Positions 21,406 through 34,403 of a stretch of DNA of 64,000 bases are shown piece after piece. The position numbers and the translations under genes are program-made. The DNA comes from Blepharisma stoltei ATCC 30299 (taxonomy: Eukaryota > Protista > Ciliophora): positions 372,001-436,000 of the forward strand of contig CBFDEM010000011.1 in NCBI GenBank assembly GCA_965603825.1, given 5' to 3'. Below the pieces are notes generated by a model. The model did no database searches. It was not told the origin of the DNA and worked only from the letters and a program-made list of their open reading frames with translations. Within the stretch, counting starts at the first letter, position 1. Every line of letters begins with the position of its first letter.

Positions 21406-24400
21406 ATGACCGATAAAACGACAGAAGTGCCAAGTTGGTGCAAAATCGGACGTTTTATAGATGTAAAAGACAGTATGGGTGACTGGTCAGTTGCAAAAGT
21501 AACAAAAATTTCTCTAGAAGCAGGCACCATTTCAGTCCTCATTGATGGCTGAAGCTTAAAAGCGGAAACAACTTTTCAACTCAAATCTTCAAAAATTGCC
21601 CCATTCAGGAAAATTTCTAAAGGCTATACAGGTCCAAAGCGAAAAGCTGCTCGTGACTGGACATTTGATATAAATGATCTGCATCAAATGAAGCAAAAAG
21701 TAGACACTCTTTGTAATGGAAATCTCTTGTGTGAGAATGCTTATGAGACAACACAATTTTACAGAGGTACATTATATATATATATAGAAAATTTGCTGGT
21801 TTGGGATTATAGTGACTGTGAAGAATATTTGATAGAAGTTGTAAGATTTTTTGCCTCAGTCGTAAAATTGATTATCAGCTGACTGATGAAGGCGCCAAAG
21901 CTCTTTCCTTATTACTACAAAGGACTGTCCCAAGCTGATTTATACCTAGAAAGCAATAAAGTCGCTCTTGCAAATGTGTGATATGAGCTTCTTGACACCC
22001 TTAACAAGCTCTTTGCATTGGACTCGAGGGTTTCTCTTTTCTTCCAGCATTATGATGTAGTTCCACAAGATTATGTTCCTTGTAGCCTTACCAGCATTAC
22101 TAATAAGAGCTATTCTCTTTCCTTGCTATTCCACATAAACCTCTTTGCAAAAGAAAAAGGCTTTGATGCCATCCTAAAAATCTTAAAATCTCAAGATGAG
22201 CAATCTAAAGTTCCTTTTTCCTTTATCAACTCAATCTTGCTATACGCACTCAGCCAATTCATAGATTCTGAGTTTTCACTGAAATTTTTTACACAGTTCA
22301 CTGAAGCGATTTTCAAAAGGATAGAAATGGTGTCAGAAAATGAGCTTAAAGACCTCCAATATGAAGAAATCCTTAATCTTCTAGAAAGAATGAGAAAGCT
22401 TTCAGATTCTGTTAATACTCAAGCCTTAGAAATAAACAAGCTTAGCTTGTTTTTAAAAATGATAAAAAGCAATTATTTGGAAAAAAGGATAAAAGGATTA
22501 ACTGAGATAAATCTAGCAATTGAAAATAACGAAATTGGCGTTGGTGGGTATGAATCCTCTAAGGTTAATGTGTCTGATAAAGAGTTAGAGAGTTGGCTTC
22601 TAAGTGAAAATATTGTGCAACATATTTTAGATGAAAGACCCCATGTAGAACTTATAAAAAGATCCAGCACTGTTCTTAAATTTTTAGCAAGATCTGACAA
22701 CTTAGGACTGACTCAGCTAGACCAAATATGAAATAGTACTCAAGGAAAGCATGACTCTTATATAAGAGCTGCTTACACCGTAATTTCTGAAATTGCACCT
22801 TTTCTTAAAGAAGAATGCAATGATTATTTACTTCAAAAAATCCAGCAAGTTCCATTAGAAAGCTACGATGAACAGTTTCTATTGATGATAAAAGAATTTA
22901 CAGTCACAGCAATCACAACTGCAAAGCGATACGCGTTAAAAAATGGCTATGAATCAAATAAACTATATGGCTTACCTATCTTAAAGTCATCAATTCTTGA
23001 TTCCTGTCCTTTACCACTATGGGATTTAGCCACAAAATGCTGCTACGAAGTGCTGAATACTTATATTTGTGCTGACGAAAGGGTAAAATTTTTTGAAGAA
23101 GCTATTTTATTGATGCAGGAAAATGATTCAGTCCCACAGGTATTGAAAATATTGCAAAATCTGTTTAAGGCGAACTATGAGACTCATAGAAGTCCTGGAG
23201 AATTAATTGAGCTTCAAAATAGATATCACATAAAAGAGCTCATTATCAATAACTTGCGCAACTACATTATAACTGTACGAAGTATTTCAAACCCACCTAT
23301 TATTTCCAGTCAAGTCTACCAAGGCAAATTTTCTCATGCAACCAATATAAAGCGCCGGCTTATTTTCTTAGAATTCCTAATAAAATACTCTAATTGAAAT
23401 ATTTGTCTTACCCTGGACGAAATTGGGATTCTCTGGAATTATTTTGCAATTGGGAATGACTCCTCCAAGGAACGGGATGTCTTTTTTAAATGGCTTATGA
23501 AAGGCTTAAAATTTGCCTCACCGATATTAATGGAACAGATTGAAAGCGTTTTCCATCATTTTATGTGCGATAGCAGCAAATTTGACTGCGCCCATGCTAC
23601 TCCTTGAAGTTTTAGGTGTATGAAAACCTTTTTCTTAGCTGTAAATAGCTATAAAGGGTATATAGAAGTATCAGAAGATAGACTAAGATATAGAAAAACT
23701 ATAGAAATTGAAGGATTTTCAAATATCATTAGTGTACTTGTGAATACTACCTCAGAAAGTGTATATCAAGATGCACTGAAATTGACTATAAATTTGTTAA
23801 CTAAATACAGCCCTGAATCATCTGCTGTAGCTCCTGAGATTTTAAATAATTTCATATCTAGACTATTAGAAGCGATTTTATCAAACAAAGACTCCGAAAT
23901 CTATGTAATCAGAGGTCTAAATCTATTAAAAGGCCTACTAGGAGATCAAGAAGAGCATATAACTGACAAAAATTATGGCATCCATGTAAAATCTTGCAAT
24001 TCTAAAGAATTTAAACAGGTTTACATCAACCAAAACAAGACTTTAAGGCATTTAAGGCACGAAATAGCAAAGCTTTATAATGAGCCAATTGAAAAAACCA
24101 CATTAATTATAAATGATAAAAAATACAGCTCCTATGATGACGATCTAGAAATAAAGTCATTAAAAATTTATTGGGCTATTGCAGATTTTAATGATCCTTA
24201 TGCCACTGTTTTTAGCCCTTTAAAACTGATCTCCCAAAACCAAAGTGTCATTAAAACACTTTTTGAGTTATTAACGCTTTCTAACCAAAAATATGCAGAT
24301 TTAGCGTGAAATTTATTGATTACTCTTCCTATTAATGAAAAACTGGTAGAGGAATTGAGAAGATTGGAAACGCCACTAGAGAAAATAATTGACCAGGAGT

Positions 24401-27400
24401 CTATTTATCAGCTTTTATATTGCCTCAATATTTTAAAAAAACTGTCTTTAGATCAGCTGTGGGCTGAAGATTTTTCAGCTAGAGGAGGGTTTAAGTTTCT
24501 GATAAATATTTTTACTAAGCCAAAAGACATTAAAGGTGGAAAGCTTTTAGCAATGAAAGAAGAAGCCACTTTAAGAGCACTTGACAACTTGCTTGAAGTC
24601 CGCCCTGAGTTTGGTGACTCTTCTATATTCCTGAAAAGCTTATTAGACTCCTTTCTCTTAATATCCAGCTCTATTTCTCCAGATTACAAGCCAGAAGACT
24701 CTCAAACCTTACTCTCCTCAATCAGCAACTTATTATCAAACCTCAACAATTACGACGACGCTTTGCTAAAAACACAATTAACCAGATACTCCTCAACACT
24801 AGGCAAACTTTTCAATATTTGCCTTATAATTCCACCCGACCTTCAGTTCAGCTGTTTTTCTATCCCAATTTTTGAATATTTAGCAAACATTTCTGACTCT
24901 TATATTGTCTTTTATGAAGAGCTTTATTCTCAGCTTGACCATGCTATTTCTAATAGTAAATGTGACGGGTATTGGGATTTATTAGCATTTACTGTCAAAT
25001 ATTTAGAAATTTTCGGAGAAACCTTGGTACCTTTAGCTCAAAAACTTATAGACAAAATTATATATAGAGAAGGAGAAAAAAATTCCAATGAAAAAGATTT
25101 TGTGCTAGCAGGGGCTTTTAAAGTCCTACAAAGCTGCTGGACAAAGGTAGGATTTATCCCTGATTCCCGACATCTTAACTGGTTTTTACATGAGTGTTTA
25201 TTTGAAGAGCCTGAAAAAATGGCCCCAAGCAGCATTGTCCCACCAAAATGCAAGCATATTTTTACAAGGCAAAGCGCGTTTAATCTGATCAGCGAGCTTT
25301 GTCAATATGATCCTCGGTTTACGGCCAATGTGACTGAATATTTAAATAAATTCCACCAAGAGCCTGACTGGCGAACTTCAAGAAGGGCGGACTGGAACAA
25401 TTTTCCAGCCAGTAAAGAAAAATCATTAACTGGCTATGTCGGTTTAAAAAACCTTGGGTGCACTTGTTATATGAACTCAGTGCTTCAGCAGTTATTTATG
25501 ATTTCTACGTTCAGAGAAGCTGTTTTAAATACACCTACAGAGGAGCCTCATCATGAAAACTTGTTATATCAGCTTAAATATGTATTCGCTGGGCTAAAAT
25601 ATAGTGATAAGCAATACATAAACCCAAAAGGATTCACTGTCGCTTTTAAAGATTTAGACGGAAACCCTATAAATGTTACCGAACAAATGGACGCTGATGA
25701 ATTTTTCGCGACATTTATGGACAGAATTGAAGGACTTACTAAAAATAGCAGCTATAACACACTTATAAAGTCCCATTTTGGAGGACTACAGGTAACAGAG
25801 CTGATAGGAAAAGATTGCACACATAGAAGTGAAAGACATGAGCCATTTATTACGATCCCTGTAGAGGTAAAAACAAAGAGTTCTATATTGAGAGGACTAG
25901 AAAGCTTTGTGGCAGGAGAAATTCTTGAAGGTGAAAATGCTTATCAATGTGACCATTGTGATGCTAAAGTAAAAGCCGTGAGAAGGGTGTGTATTAAGCA
26001 TCTTCCTAATTTTTTGATCATTGCACTGAGAAGGTTCGAGTTTGATTTTGACACAATGAAAAGAAATAAAGTAAACGATTATTGTGAATTTCCTTTTGAA
26101 CTTGATATGGAGCCTTATACACAAGAAGGACTAGAAAGAATTGAGAGAGAAAAAGACTCATCAAAAGAAAACTTGACCCCAGTCAAAAGATTCCCTGATG
26201 AGTACTATAAATACACCCTAAGAGGCATTGTAATACACTCTGGAACTGCTGAAAGTGGACACTATTATTCTTATATACATGATTTTGCCCAAGAAAAATG
26301 GTTTGAGTTTAATGATACTTCGGTATGTGAGCTTGACCCTGAAGAAATCCCTAATGAGTGCTTTGGAGGAGAAGAAAAATACACCTGGACCTCGACAACA
26401 TCAAATCTTAATACTTCTGGAGTCAGAGAAAAATTCGGAAATGCGTATTTACTTCTATATGAGAGAAGCGAATTTTTTAAATCAAGAAACCCAGAAGATG
26501 AAATTCTAGAAAACATAAATTTATCAGTCTCAGAAGAATTTGTACTTGACCAGTTTAGCCATATAAAGAAGCAAAACCAACGATATTGGAGGTCCCGGCA
26601 TATTTTTGGATATGATTATTCGAATTTTGTAGTAGAATTGACGAAAATTAATAATCCGCCTGATAAGTTTCTAATACAATATTTTTTGACGATTTTATTG
26701 AGGACAAAAGAAAAAAGCCAGGATTTTATTGAAATTTTTCAAAGGATTTTTATAGCGCTCAAGGAAAGTCCTGAACTCTGCAGCTGGACTCTAGAAATGC
26801 TGTCTGTAGAAAATGTGGTAAAAGAAATGTTTTTATATTGCCCAATGGTTTTAGTTAGAAGGGCGCTAGTAGGGGTCATAAAAGCATGCTTACAAAATGT
26901 AGACGAGGCCGTAATAGAAGATTTCTTTTTAGGATTTATTCAGTTATTGCCTTTCGCCCAGAAATCTCAATCGAAATATTTTTCACAGTATCTTGAAGTT
27001 ATAAAAGAAACAGTGATTCTATCCAATAAATTTATAGAAAACTATGATATCCAGAATATAATCACGCTTTATATTTTCCAGAATGATTATAAGCTTCCTG
27101 CAAGAAAAGGTTATAATAATAGCGACATCTTTTTAGGGTACGACAAATATGAATCTTCTGATGAGACAGTCAAAGATGATACTTTTTATTCAGAATCCAA
27201 AGGAACTTCTAAATGCCATGCTATTCATCTTCTTTATTTATTAAGAAGCTATTTATCACCTCAATATATCAACTTTTTAAAGCAGCCACAAGCGAGGAAA
27301 ATTCTATTAAAAGAACTTGATAATAAAATTTCTGCGAAATATTTAGGACTACTTTTTGCAGAACTCTATAAGGACGATAAAGAATTATCAGTAGACTATA

Positions 27401-28050
27401 TGAAGCAGCTAATGGACAACTATGTTGGCTCTGAGTATTACTATAAATCCAGGTTTTTGAGACTTCTGACACGTTTTTTGACAACTGAAGATTCCTTGTA
27501 TGAGGACAAAATTAACTATTTCTTAGATTTCCATATGAATTATATAAAAAACAGCAAATACCCAAGCGACACTGAATCAGCTATCAACTATCTCTACAAA
27601 ATTTTATCAAAAAGTCAATATGCTCGACAAAGTATGCTAAAAGATAAAGAAAACCTCCAATACCTTGACAAATGGATCAACAGCAACATGAAATCTGTCT
27701 ACTCCATGAAGCCAAGCCAAAACGGCCAGCCTCTAGATGAATATATTAAGCCTTCATTTAAAGTTCTCCTTGCAAAATTAAAGAGACTAGAAGAAGGATT
27801 GTCACCAAATGAAGAAAACGAAAGGGATTCTGACGAGGACGCCCTGGATAATAAATTTAAAACCTATGAAAGCATTGAAATTTTAGATCAGACTGGACAA
27901 AGCTGGCTAAAAGGAAGGGTGGAAGCGGCACTTGGAGAAATTATCCTTGTGAAGTATAAGGAGTGGACTGGGAATGAACAGACTGTATGGAAAGATATGC
28001 AGAGTGAAGAAATCGTATCTGCAAGGGATAATGGGAATTTGAAAGCATAG
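21406..28050 (+). CDS. USP9/24/34-type ubiquitin C-terminal hydrolase, about 2214 aa, 7 in-frame TGA
   Basis: GLKNLGCTCYMNS (Cys box), EQMDADEF, HSGTAESGHYYSY (His box); LDQI[TGA]NSTQGKH resembles USP9X; five ORFs in one frame from ATG 21406. Confidence 0.92.
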
Positions 28051-28436
28051 AAAAATCACAGCTTTTAATTTAATATTAATTTGGTGAAGAATTATTTATT
28101 TTTGGGGTTTTTAATGAAAAAATTAGATATATATTTTTTAAAATTAGGGTTTTACTGATAGATATTAATGCTAGACATTCAATTTATATTTATGATAGTC
28201 TATAAGCAACGAAGGTATTAAATTGCTATATTGACTTGCTAGAAATTCTGATGATTAAGCCATTCTAATTACCAATAGTAAGTAAAATGTTTAATCTTGC
28301 CAATAAAAATTTAGGTTTCAAGTTATCTTGGCTATTCATGATACTGGTAAATCCTAAATCTGGCCATTTTAATTTCAAATTGTACCATGATATTTACTAA
28401 TTTTAAACGATTAAGTTTCAAAAAGAAATTATTATT

Positions 28437-28778
28437 TTACTTCTTTCCTCCTTTCTTTCCAGCTGCTTTCTTTCCTGCAGATTTAACGGCTTTTTTTGGT
28501 GCGGCTTTCTTAGGGGCGGCAACTTTTTTTGGGGCTGGCTTTTTGGCTGCTGCTTTCTTAGGGGCTGCTTTAGCTTTTGATGCTTCTGCTTGAGGGGCAG
28601 CTGCTGGGGCGGCTTCAGGTGCCTGGGCTACTGGTTTCTCCTCTGCTTTTGGTTTAGCGGCCTTCTTTGCCTGAGTCTTGGCTGGTGCTTTTTTACCTTC
28701 TTGTTTCTTCGTTATAACCTTTTTCGGTGCTACTTTTTTGCTTGCTGCTGCTTTAGGTGCTGCTTTTGCTTTTGCCAT
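28437..28778 (-). CDS. Lys/Ala/Pro-rich histone H1-like protein lacking a globular domain, 113 aa
   Basis: MAKAKAAPKAAASKKVAPKK..KKAAPKK repeats; ATG 28778 preferred over the upstream TTG of the ORF track. Confidence 0.75.
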   Translation of the reverse strand: MAKAKAAPKAAASKKVAPKKVITKKQEGKKAPAKTQAKKAAKPKAEEKPVAQAPEAAPAAAPQAEASKAKAAPKKAAAKKPAPKKVAAPKKAAPKKAVKSAGKKAAGKKGGKK

Positions 28779-28845
28779 ATTAATATTATAATTCTCATTT
28801 GCTATAGAAGCTAAAATCACCATTTTTTCTGCAATCTTGTATATT

Positions 28846-28850
28846 ATTGG
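28846..28850 (-). promoter_or_regulatory. CCAAT box about 70 bp upstream of the H1-like gene
   Basis: Minus strand reads ACAATCAGCCAATAAT; position typical of histone promoters. Confidence 0.3.
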
Positions 28851-29623
28851 CTGATTGTATTTTGCACGGATACAAGTTTCAGCAAGGCCGATATTGATAG
28901 AGAGAACTAATGTCTTACGCCGTTTAAAGTTTTCATATTTGACTCTATTCATTCCTCTTATTTGCAATTTTCAGCGTTTTAAATCATTTCTCCATATTCA
29001 AAATTTTAAATTTTTTTTGGCGGAAAGATGAATAAAAAAGAGCGGTTATAAGAGGCCATTTATCAAGATATTGAATGCTTTTGTTGATTACGATCAAAAT
29101 TAAAAATTATTCATTATATAGGGCTATGCAGGATCACAACTAGAATTTTAGGCTAATTTTCTAAATCTAAAAATTTTACGTTGTTGGGAATTTGAAGTCT
29201 GATTTGGCTTATTAAATTATGAACTAATAAGTAATTTTTATGAATCATTTTAAAATATTAAAAACCAATTTAAGCTATATCTGAAAATTACTGAAACTGT
29301 AGAAATACTTTGTAAGCAACAATATAAATGTATGGTCTATAAAAATTACCTACTTAGCACTGATCTTTAGTATCATATGCTCAAATCATTACTTTGCAAA
29401 TCATTAGCAAGAAATTCAATCTGATTTTTCAGTTATCAACCCAAAAACTCAATTTCCATCATCAATCTGCATTATTCATTTTTTATATATTTTGCAAGCT
29501 CCATCTAAAAGCACTGCTTCTGGCCATGCATATGCTACTTACTTAATTAGCTATCGAAATACTAAATCAGCCTAAAAATCTAAAAATTAAATAACTATTA
29601 AGTTGCCTAAAAGCTGATATAAC

Positions 29624-31600
29624 TTATTTTTTTGGTTTTTTAAGCTCCTGTATGCTCTGCAGCAAATCATAATGAAATTGGTCCACAGTCAACGCCTTTT
29701 CTTCATCTGGATACAAAGGATCTACAAGCCAATCATTTAATGAGTATGTATAGCTCCCAACTTCAATTTTATTCAACAAATTGATAACATGATCAGACCA
29801 AAAATTCTCACTAGCGAAATATTTGCATTTTGACATCATCCATGCCATCTGCACTGCAGAAACTGCTGGGAATGTTTTATTAAATGAAAAATTTTCTTTC
29901 CCAGCTGCGTCTGTCTCTTCTTCTATTTCTTTTTCGTTTTTATATGTCAATTTTTCTTTTCCGTTAAGTCATTTATCAACATAATAAGCTGCGCTTCTAA
30001 TAAATTGGTTCTCGTTGGCTTTCCCAAAAGTATAGCAGCATTGGCCAAGAGCGACTGGAGTTAGAAGTCCTATGTTTTTTTCAGCAATTCGCTTTGCATA
30101 TAATTTGTATAAGTTTGGAGATCCTTTAGATAGCCTAGCCAAAGAGTAAAGGGATTTTGCCTCAATATTTGGGTACATGTAGTCGACGCAGTTATATAAT
30201 TTTCTTTCTAGAAATTCTATTAATTTTGGATCTTGTAATTGGCTGCACTCTGCAACAGCAGCAATAATTCGAGATAGATTTTTGTGTTCGGTTTTAGAAA
30301 GCCTTTCTTCTTCCATTATCTTGTCGATACCAATGTTAATCAATTCGTTATTAGTAGATCCTTCATAACAAAAAATGGTCAAAATTTTAATAAGATAATG
30401 TGTATTAATTGATGGTCTTTTCAAGTGTACTATTGCTATTTTTTCTAAATTATTCCAAATGTTGTCGTTCTGCATTCCTGAATTCGAATAATCTATTATC
30501 AATTCAGTAAAATTTCTAAATGAAATTTCATCAGTTTTTCTCAATTTTTTAGCCAAAACTTTATCTAAAACCTCCATTTGAGCTTTGTGGATTTTTCTCT
30601 TGTGAGCCAAAATAAAAAGCAATGAAGAGATTTCGTTAATGCTTAGACCTTCAGAATTTTTTTCAAGTAAATTGCTAAGTGATCCTAATAGGCCTGGATT
30701 AGTAAACCTATATGTTTTAAAAGCTTCAAAAATTCTTATGGTATTTATAGTAAATAGTTCATTGTTAGCTTCGCTTAAATATTTATTATATGTTTCTTCA
30801 ATTAGTGGTTTTAATCCATTGTCATCATAATTTAATGGAATTATAAAATAAGCAATTTCTATCATATCAGAAAAAGTAATATTTTGATCATTAATCAGAT
30901 ATCTTTTCAGCATATTATTCAAGGTTTCAAAGAGTTTTGGGCCACAAAGTTGCTTGCTTGATTCATTTTTAATCAAAAAACTTATAAATTTAGCTAGTAG
31001 AGTGCCATTTGTAGTTTCTAGCTCAGGATGTGTTAAGACTGCTTCAGATAAAGCTTGGAAAAGGGTTGGAGACTGTCCATTATGAGCATTTATTGCTCAT
31101 AGCAAGTCAGCTAATTGAGAAATTGACAAAGCTTGAAACTCTTTTATCCCTGTTTCTTCAATAGATTTCAATAAATTGTTAATTAAAACTTGAACATCAT
31201 ATCCTTTAATATGAAGAATCGCATATTCGTGCATTACATATAATTTGTCCTCAATTTTCATATGACTAATATTCTTAGTGAAGCCTTCAGCTAAAGAAGT
31301 CCAAAAATTATTTGTTAGGGCTCTGTTCCTTAATTCCGCGTTCTTTATCATATGTTTCAATATTTCCTTTTGGGTATTCAATGGCATTCTTGGTGCCCTC
31401 TTTTCAAGTGTCTCAATAAAAGCGTCGAATTCTAATGATTTTCCAAATCTCTGATACAGATCTAAATATCTCAGCTCAGAAACTTCACGGCAGATTGATA
31501 TAAGCTCTTTGTCTTCAGCAAACCTAGACTTTAATAAAGTTTGGCTAAACGTTTTTGACGTGATAAGATCATTAAATCTACGAGAAAGCCTGAAAATCAT
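29624..31600 (-). CDS. Mitochondrial-targeted helical-repeat protein (OPR/HPR/FASTK-like), about 658 aa, 2 in-frame TGA
   Basis: MIFRLSRRF presequence; repeats such as LSISQLADLL[TGA]A, LSINEISSLLFIL, LTPVALGQCCYTFGK. Confidence 0.65.
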
Positions 31601-31642
31601 TATTTTTGGATGAATATTTAATAATAAAAGGGTAATAAATAG

Positions 31643-32218
31643 CTAGTTAATTTGGCTTCGCGCCCAATGTACATCGAAGTTCCTAAGCATAACTTCGATT
31701 TCTATAATAACACTTCCTGAAGAAACAGTTTTCAGTGTTTGTCTAAGGCCGACTTCTTTTGTAAGCGCATCTTGGTTCATAAGTCGAGGTGGCCCGCCAA
31801 TAAAAAAAGCCATTGCTTCATCTTGCCAAGTCCCTATAGGTCTTCATGTGGGGCATTCTAATTTAAAATATCCCGGGCTACAAGGTAGCGCGGTAACTCC
31901 ATAAGATAACAAATCAATTCTCCCAACATCATCTAAACGCCACACTCTTATTATAAACTTAGGCCACCCAAATATCGAATTTGTGGAAAAGTGAAGATCA
32001 ATAGGATGAGCCCACACGATCAGTTCATCAACACTTGGATAACTTGTTTGTGTTTGGATTCCTTGTTCTGAACGATTTGGGAGTTCTCTTCATTGGTCGC
32101 CATACTCCAAATGAATTTCACAAAAAAGACCAGCACTGGTATCAAACTGTGTTCCTGCGACTATTTGTCCAATGAAATGGACTTCAGTTTTATAGTCTCC
32201 GGGTTCTTTAAAATCCAT
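31643..32218 (-). CDS. B9D2: B9 domain-containing protein 2 (MKS-module ciliary transition zone), 191 aa
   Basis: EVHFIGQI..WAHPIDLHF..GWPK..CPT[TGA]RPIGTW..FIGGPPRL..LRNFD; missed by the ORF track because of 2 TGA. Confidence 0.93.
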
Positions 32219-32306
32219 TTTAAAATTTATTTGATTTTAATTAAATTAAGTAGCCATATTTCGAAAGAAAAATTATAATAGTCAAGAATTCCTTGTATAT
32301 TTTATA

Positions 32307-33623
32307 TTATTGAAGCAAAATATCGCTCTTTCTTGACATCGAAAGTTTTTGGTTTAGCTTTTCATTAATTTCTGACCTAAGATTAAAGCTTTGAAATCTT
32401 TCAAGCTCATCTTTGTACTTTTTGATAGTCTTTATTATATTTGAAGTAAATAGGTTATGGCCTAGGTCTACTCTTCTTAGGTTTGTTTTAATAAAACTCT
32501 CTATTAACATCTCAAAAGCATCATCAGTAATTTTATTACCATAAAGTGTAATAGACTTTAAAGACATAAAATTCTCCAAACCATTAGAAATTATTTCTGC
32601 GCCTTCATCATTTATATTGTTTTCATTTAAGCATAAAGTTTCTATGCTAGAAAATAATGAGTGGTTTGTAAAAATAAAGGCCAAATCATTTTCGTTTAAA
32701 TTTGTCCCTGATAGATTAAGCAATTTTAATTTTTTCAGCGATTTAAAAGCATGAAAAAAGTTGTAATGAGAAATCGTTGAGAGGTTATTGTAGGATAGAT
32801 CAAGGCGTCATAAGAATTTCAGTTCTGGCAAAATGTTGCTTAAAATGCTGATTCCTTCAGCGGTAATGCTATTTTTAGACAAATTTATCGCTTTTAAATT
32901 TCGGTTGAATGAAATAGCAGGCTTTAATCCAGAAAGGCCTTTATCTCTAATTTCATTTCCTTCTAAGTCAATTTTTCGGACAAAATTCAGTTCTTTTAGA
33001 GCAGATCCTATAAATTTTGCTCCTTTTGGGCCAATTGTATTTTTTGTGAGTAAATCGCTGCCTCCAAGCTCAATTCTTCGCAAGTAACGAAAATTCTTTA
33101 TTGATAGCTTCAGAAATTTAGCCCCAATTTGTGTGATGCTATTTAATTTGAAATTGAGCGTTTTTATGTTTTTTAGATATTTTATCGCAGTAGAAATCCA
33201 CTTTATTCCTTCATCCCCTATATTGTTGCTAGCTATAACTAGCACTCGAAGTTCTTTTAAATATACAAGGCATTCAGATAATTTTTGTGCTTGTAAAACT
33301 CCTATACTATTGTTGCTTAAGTATAGAGCTTCTAGATTAATAAAAGCTGGAAGTATAAACGTAATGCTTTCGATATCAACCATATTGAGCTCATATCAAA
33401 TCAGCATCAATTCTTTTTTATTCATTCTCTCGTTTGGATTCAAAGAAGAATTAAATAGAAGCGATATCGCCTTTGTCATCCTGTGAGATCTTTTAAAAAA
33501 ATTGATATTTTCAATATTTAAGGCTATGTCCTGACTAATCTCAGGATTGTCTAATTTTGTGGTCTTGTCTGGATTATTTTCATACTCAAAAGTGTCGGTT
33601 GTTTCTTCTGTCTCAGTTTTCAT
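32307..33623 (-). CDS. Ribonuclease-inhibitor-like leucine-rich repeat protein, about 438 aa, 2 in-frame TGA
   Basis: LxxLxLxxNxIGxxG repeats; three ORFs fuse in frame. Confidence 0.85.
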
Positions 33624-33676
33624 TTAAATTTATAAAAAACTAAATAAATATAGAAGATTTAGTAAGAAATATTAGT

Positions 33677-34069
33677 TTATCCTGGAGGCCACCCCATTTG
33701 ACGTCCTCCTAGTATATGGAAATGAAGATGATACACAGATTGACTTCCCCAGACTCCATCATTTACTGTAAGTCTCCATCCAGCTTCTAAATGTTCACGT
33801 CTTGCAACTTCTGAAGCAGCCCACATCATATGTCCTAGTAAAGCTTTATGCCTTTCTTCAGCGACAAGAAGGCGGGTCAGTCCATCGCGGTGCTTAGGAA
33901 TAAGAACAATATGCACGGGAGCTTGTGGAGAAATATCTCTAAATGCCATGACTAAGTCATCTTCATATACAATATTGGCTGGAATTTGCTTGCTAGCGAT
34001 TTTATCGAATATTGTCTCCTCGTTTGGAGCAGGAATTTGAGGGTGCTGAGCTTGTTCGACCTCAGACAT
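33677..34069 (-). CDS. HINT1: HIT-family nucleotide-binding protein (HINT), 130 aa
   Basis: TIFDKI..AFRDISPQAPVH..QSVYHLHFHILGGRQMGWPPG. Confidence 0.95.
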   Translation of the reverse strand: MSEVEQAQHPQIPAPNEETIFDKIASKQIPANIVYEDDLVMAFRDISPQAPVHIVLIPKHRDGLTRLLVAEERHKALLGHMMWAASEVARREHLEAGWRLTVNDGVWGSQSVYHLHFHILGGRQMGWPPG

Positions 34070-34403
34070 AATTATAGATGCCAGCCATTTATGGATTTTT
34101 CGACAGAAATTCTTAAAAGATTTATAGGGAATTTAGGTTTTTAGATATGTTTTTTAAGGGATTTTAAAGATAATAAAATTATTAATAAAACCTTTCTCTA
34201 AAAAATAGCATAAGCATTTGTAATTATATATCAAGAGTGTAAATAGATTTATATTAAATTCATTACTTTGAGATAAAAATACTATAATTTATATAAAATC
34301 CAATATAAATTACCATAAATAACTATAATTTAACTGCCAGCCCCCTTGCATAATATTCTCTCTCGTGAAGCTGAAGTCAGAAATGGTATAATAAAATTAA
34401 TTA

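Noticed and set aside
28779-28967. 63-aa N-terminal extension of the H1-like ORF
   Set aside because: TTG start, promoter-like composition and an abrupt change at ATG 28778
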